Assembly (NCBI GenBank): GCA_002269645.1
Contig: NIVC01004715.1
Coordinates: 1-37,189, forward strand
DNA length: 37,189 bases
Direction: 5' to 3'
Origin: Macrostomum lignano
Lineage: Eukaryota
A program made the translations under genes and the position numbers. The notes under the pieces were generated by a model. It was given only the letters and a program-made list of their open reading frames with translations. It was not told where the DNA came from and searched no databases. This document shows, piece after piece, positions 31,946 to 37,189 of the stretch (within the stretch, counting starts at the first letter, position 1; each line of letters begins with the position of its first letter).

Positions 31946-34900
31946 ATGAAGTCGACTTTGGTTTGCAGGCTCGGCTTCGCGCTTCTGTGCTTCGCCTGTC
32001 CGCTGCAGTGCGCGCTGCCTCAGAAACTCTGTGAGCCTCTGTTACCTGCTCCTGCTTCTGGCACTGGCTGTTGCTGCCTCTGGCACTGGCTGCTCCTGCT
32101 TCTGGCACTGGCTGTTCCTGCCTCTGGCACTGGCTGCTCCTGCCTCTGGCACTGGCTGCTCCTGCCTCTGGCACTGGCTGCTCCTGCTTCTGGCACTGGC
32201 TGTTGCTGCCTCTGGCACTGGCTGTTGCTGCCTCTGGCACTGGCTGTTGCTGCCTCTGGCACTGGCTGCTCCTGCCTCTGGCACTGGCTGTTGCTGCCTC
32301 TGGCACTGGCTGTTGCTGCCTTTGGCACTGGCTGCTCCTGCCTCTGGCACTGGCTGTTGCTGCCTCTGGCACTGGCTGTTGCTGCCTCTGGCACTGGCTG
32401 TTGCTGCCTCTGGCACTGGCTGCTCCTGCCTCGGATTATACTGTTCTTGATTCTATTAATATCTACCTATCAATGCTCCTGGCAATTGCTGCTGATGCTA
32501 AAAGAATCTGACTGAATGTAAAGGCTTTTGTGGCATCAATAGATTTCTCTGTGAGACCTGAGAGCTCAATAAGTTCACCTTCCGCCCATCAACTCCAGGC
32601 TACTCAGGTCGCATCTCCGCGGCCGTCCTCGCTCCGGCCATCATCGGTGACCCAAGTCCGGTGCCGAAGCTGCCGGTCACGGAGTACAGCAGCGAGCACC
32701 ACTGCCTGTTCCAGCTCCACGCGCGGATCTTCCTCACCTGGCGCCAGGCCGCCGAGTTCTGCGCCCTGTTCAACGCCACGCTGCCGGTGCTGCGCACCCA
32801 GTTCGCCTGGCAGACTCTGCGCAGCTACGCCCAGAACCATCGCATCTGGGTTGGCGTGGTGCGCGCTGAAGGTGCGGTGCGCGAGGGCTCTCAGAGTGCC
32901 AGTGATTTTCACTCTGCTAGGCTGCAAAAAACGGTTTTCAGGTTCGCAACCACTCTCCTATTCACTCGAACCCCTGACCAACCAAACCTTAACTCTGACC
33001 CCGTCTCACAAACCTAGATCGGGATCCTTTGATTCTCTCCCTGTTTCACCCCTGACCCACCAACCTCATCCCTGACCCATCAATCTCACCCCTGACCCAC
33101 CAACGTCATCCTTGACCTATCAACCTCACCCTTGACCCATCAACCTCACCTCTGACCCACCAACCTCACCCCTGACCCACTTAACTTTTCCTTTATTCAC
33201 TTGCTTGACTCTTGCCTTGAACCCACCGGTCCTGAAACCAGAATAAGTCTCGCTACTGACCCGCCCCTAACCCACCCTTCAACGTCCTCATCAAGAAACC
33301 ACTGTCCAGTTCAGGCCCCCGTCAGACCCTAGCCTGGCTCGAGTCTGTCAGACCCGAGCCTGGACGCTGTCTGACCCGAGCCTGGGCGCTGTCTGACCCT
33401 TGATCTCTGTCTGACCCGAGCCCGGCCTCTGTCTGACCCGAGCCTGGCCTCTGTCTGACCCGAGCCTGGCTGCTGTCAGACCCGAGCCTGGCCGCTGTCA
33501 GACCCGAGCCTGGGCGCTGTCTGACCCGAGCCTGGGCGCTGTCTGACCCTCGATCTCTGTCTGACCCGAGCCTGGCCTCTGTCTGACCCGAGCCTGGCCG
33601 CTGTCAGACCCGAGCCTGGGCGCTGTCTGACCCGAGCCTGGGCGCTGTCAGACCCGAGCCTGGCCGCTGTCTGACCCGAGCCTGGGCGCTGTCTGACCCG
33701 AGCCTGACCTCTGTCTGACCCGAGCCAGGCCTCTGTCTGACCCGAGCCTGACCTCTGTCTGACCCGAGCCTGGCAGCTGTCTGACCCGAGCCTGGCCTCT
33801 GTCTGACCCGAGCCTGACCTCTGTCTGACCCGAGCCTGGCAGCTGTCTGACCCGAGCCTGGCCTCTGTCTGACCCGAGCCTGACCTCTGTCTGACCCGAG
33901 CCTGGCAGCTGTCTGACCCAGCCCCTCAGTTTCACCCGTCAACGCCGATCCCGCAGCAGCTGGTGACCAGGACCTGTGGCGCTGGTACACCGACGGGCCC
34001 GAAGAGCCGCCGCTGAGCACCAGCGATTTCAGCCGGACCGACAACCGGACCGGCGTCGAGTGGAGCCGCTCCGAGCCCAGCAACGCCCACTGCGGCGAGG
34101 CCTGCGGAGTGGTGAACTACGATGGCAACCTGGCGGACTACGCCTGCGCCACTGTGCCGCCCTGGGACCCTTGCGGCGACGAGTCGCACGTGGTGCGCAC
34201 CGTGTGCCAGCGCTCCGGGCTGCCAGGTCTGCCATCTGGGGCGATGGGGAACTCATGGAATTGCTAATTGCTTATGGAGCATTTTGAAAGGTTAAATAGA
34301 CACTTATGGTTGCAATTCGGGATCAGGGATGGCAATTCGGGATCAGGGATGGCAATTCGGGATCAGAGATGGCAATTCGGGATCCGGGATGGCAATTCGG
34401 GATCAGGGATGGCAATTCTGGATCAGGGATGGCAATTAGGGATCAGGGATGGCAATTAGGGATCAGGGATGGCAATTCGGGATCAGGGATGGCAATTAGG
34501 GATAAGGGATGGCAATTAGGGATCAGGGATGGCAATTCGGGATCAGGGATGGCAATTCGGGATCAGATTCGGGATCTGAGATTACTATGCGATTCGGGAT
34601 CTGAGATTACTATGCGATTCGGGATCTGAGATTACTATGCGATTCGGGATCAGAGATTACGATTCGGGATCTGAGATTACGATTCGGGATCTGAGATTAT
34701 GATTCGGGATCTGAGATTACTATGCGATTCGGGATCAGAGATTACTATGCGATTCGGGATCTGAGATTACGATTCGGGATCTGAGATTACGATTCGGGAT
34801 CTGAGATTATGATTCGGGATCAGAGATTACTATGCGATTCGGGATCTGAGATTATGATTCGGGATCAGAGATTACTATGCGATTCGGGATCAGAGATTAC

Positions 34901-36239
34901 TATGCGATTCGGGATCTGAGATTATGATTCGGGATCTGAGATTATGATTCGGGATCTGAGATTATGATTCGGGATCTGAGATTACGATTCGGGATCTGAG
35001 ATTACGATTCGGGATCTGAGATTATGATTCGGGACCTGAGATTACTATATGATTCGGGATCTGAGATTATGATTCGGGACCTGAGATTACTATACGATTC
35101 GGGATCTGAGATTATGATTCGGGATCTGAGATTATGATTCGGGATCTGAGATTATGATTCGGGATCTGAGATTATGGTTCGGGATCTGAGATTATGATTC
35201 GGGATCTGAGATTATGATTCGGGATCTGAGATTACTATATGATTCGGGATCTGAGATTACGATTCGGGATCAGAGATTATGATTCGGGATCTGAGATTAT
35301 GATTCGGGATCAGAGATTACTATGCGATTCGGGATCTGAGATTACTATGCGATTCGGGATCAGAGATTACTGTACGATTCGGGATCTGAGATTATGACTC
35401 GGGATCTGAGATTATGATTCGGGATCTGAGATTATGATTCGGGATCTGAGATTATGATTCGGGATCTGGGATTATGATTCGGGATCTGAGATTATGATTC
35501 GGGATCTGAGATTATGATTCGGGATCTGAGATTATGATTCGGGATCTGAGATTATGATTCGGGATGTTTGCATTGATTTTCCATACATGAATTTCAGTTT
35601 GCCGGTACCAGCGAGAGCCGCCTGTTGTTCCTACTCAGAGGGATTTCTATATAATCATAGCCGGCACTTTTGCAGGAAAGAAAAATTTACAATCTACTCG
35701 TACTCTGCATGTTGCAATTCAGACAGTTATGAGCCTGGACCCAATCCACTTCCCCTGACCAACATCTCCGCCCTCACCCTCAACCGGAATCCTTGCATTC
35801 GGGTTCCCGCACTCCCCGAGAATTATGAGCTGCATGTACATCTTCATCTCGTATGGAAATTTTACGAGTACATCCTTAATGTATGTGCCTACTTGTAAAA
35901 TCGATTAGTAGCTCTAATCTGCTCCCAGGTGTCCTATACATGCATGTACATGCACATGATTTCTCAGTTTCCCATGAGTTTCTCTAGATCTTCTCAATCC
36001 AGATTTACTTGACTTAGAGAGAGTAGACTAGCTCTGTTGTATGTTCTGTGTACAATCTATACAGGTACACATTTTTAATCAAGTTCCCACACTTAAGCAT
36101 AAATATAAATTTAATCAAAGTTGCTTCATCAAAAATAATTTCAGGGCTTCTTAGCGGCACGGGCTTAATATTGTTTCTGCGCCTGATCGCGAAGGCAGTC
36201 AACAAGAAGACCCGGCAGGTGAAGCTGCCGGCTGCTTAA
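31946..36239 (+). CDS. Type I membrane C-type lectin domain protein (copy B)
   Basis: Exons 31946-32030, 32608-32871, 33957-34226, 35598-35675 and 36145-36239. AATAAA signals follow the stop at about 36274-36286, supporting the terminal exon. Confidence 0.78.
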
Positions 36240-37189
36240 TTAAGTTTTTATAACGACCAGGATACCGTGATTAAAATAAAAAATAAAACTATAATTATAA
36301 CCTTGAAATTTACAAATAGTTCAATGTTTTGAGTACAAATTCTCGAAACTAAACAGGTAAAAAATAAAATGTGGTTGTATGAATCGATGACTTCATATTG
36401 TTTATCTAAACCAACGTTAAACACAGCAGGAAGCGCTGTAGCTGCGTTCCGTTGCATCACTATTCAACTTGAAAAAAAATAAATATGCATGCAAAATGTG
36501 AGACCGTGAAAGTTTATATACAGCAGTAAAACTGCAGCTTGGAAAAGATTTTGGTCAAGTTCCAGCTCGATACGAGCGCACGTGTCTAACTGGTGCTCCG
36601 AGTCAGGAGCGATTTTCGATGTGCACCACTTGTTTTATTTGTTCCATATGCGTTCCTTGTAAATCAGGATGGTCTATGCTCAATCTGGAACAACGCCAAC
36701 CTCTCGATCGGGGCGGTCAGCTAGTGGGGCTTCGGACTGCAGGACCGCCCTCAGCAAACAAAGGCAGCCTAAACAGTATGCGAATATTGATCATTATTTC
36801 ACTACTAATGGGGTGAATCGGTGAAAGAAATGCGTGAACAGAATTGAAGGCGATGGACGATTGCATGATAGCAGGCCATCATGAGAGGCGCTTCAAAAGA
36901 CTGTATGAAATTTCACAATGCCGAAAACTAAAAAATGCAGCATATTTATTGAATACGAATTTTGTTCGAGCATGTTGGCATGTTGCTTGTCATGTCGGCG
37001 TATCGCTAGTAGAGTGAATTGATTAAACTGTAAGATCGCAGTTTTACACTTTCATAACACTAACCAAGGACGACTTAAGTAGGACGGGAAAACCTCGTTT
37101 TTAGAAAATTTTTAGAAGGCAGGTTTTCTAACGAGCGGGCTGGGGGTGGGTGCACGATACAAGCGTAATTCAGGCTAGCATAATATATG

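Larger units (their letters stand above)
30668..36255. other. Tandem segmental duplication, copy B
   Basis: Differences found by eye: T/G at 25098 vs 30686, +1 G near 31361, and G14 vs G12 at 26083 vs 31672. The ORF tracks are otherwise identical. Confidence 0.97.

Noticed and set aside
1-37189. tRNA, rRNA or other structured ncRNA genes
   Set aside because: None was recognisable by eye. A tRNAscan-SE/Infernal run would be needed to exclude them.

Overview
This is eukaryotic, metazoan DNA, not prokaryotic. It has GC-rich exons, GT-AG introns packed with unrelated minisatellites, and AT-rich intergenic DNA; the style resembles the flatworm Macrostomum, but that species call is inference. Four spliced genes could be reconstructed by hand. 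(1) An insulin-degrading-enzyme-like M16A peptidase on the minus strand (6 exons, 6566->703, running off the left edge, with two 1-bp frameshifts in exon 6). (2) An SH2D5-like PTB+SH2 adaptor (+, 16135-19029). (3, 4) A head-to-head pair: a neurensin-like gene (-) and a type-I-membrane C-type lectin gene (+). That pair is present twice because 25080-36255 is a near-identical 5.59-kb tandem duplication. Mobile DNA includes a full-length, intron-containing hAT-type transposon with an apparent 9-bp TSD just upstream of the IDE start codon, a 289-bp TIR element with a perfect 8-bp TSD, an internally deleted and CpG-eroded Gypsy LTR element, a LINE RT fragment and a 99-bp palindrome. The most unusual leads are a probable non-canonical GA-AG intron needed to complete the lectin transmembrane helix, the 9-bp-TSD hAT, CpG-deamination scars confined to the old TE DNA, and the duplication junction that truncates both 3' UTRs. 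Most long ORFs in the supplied track are translations of minisatellites. All exon models are manual and lack transcript support.
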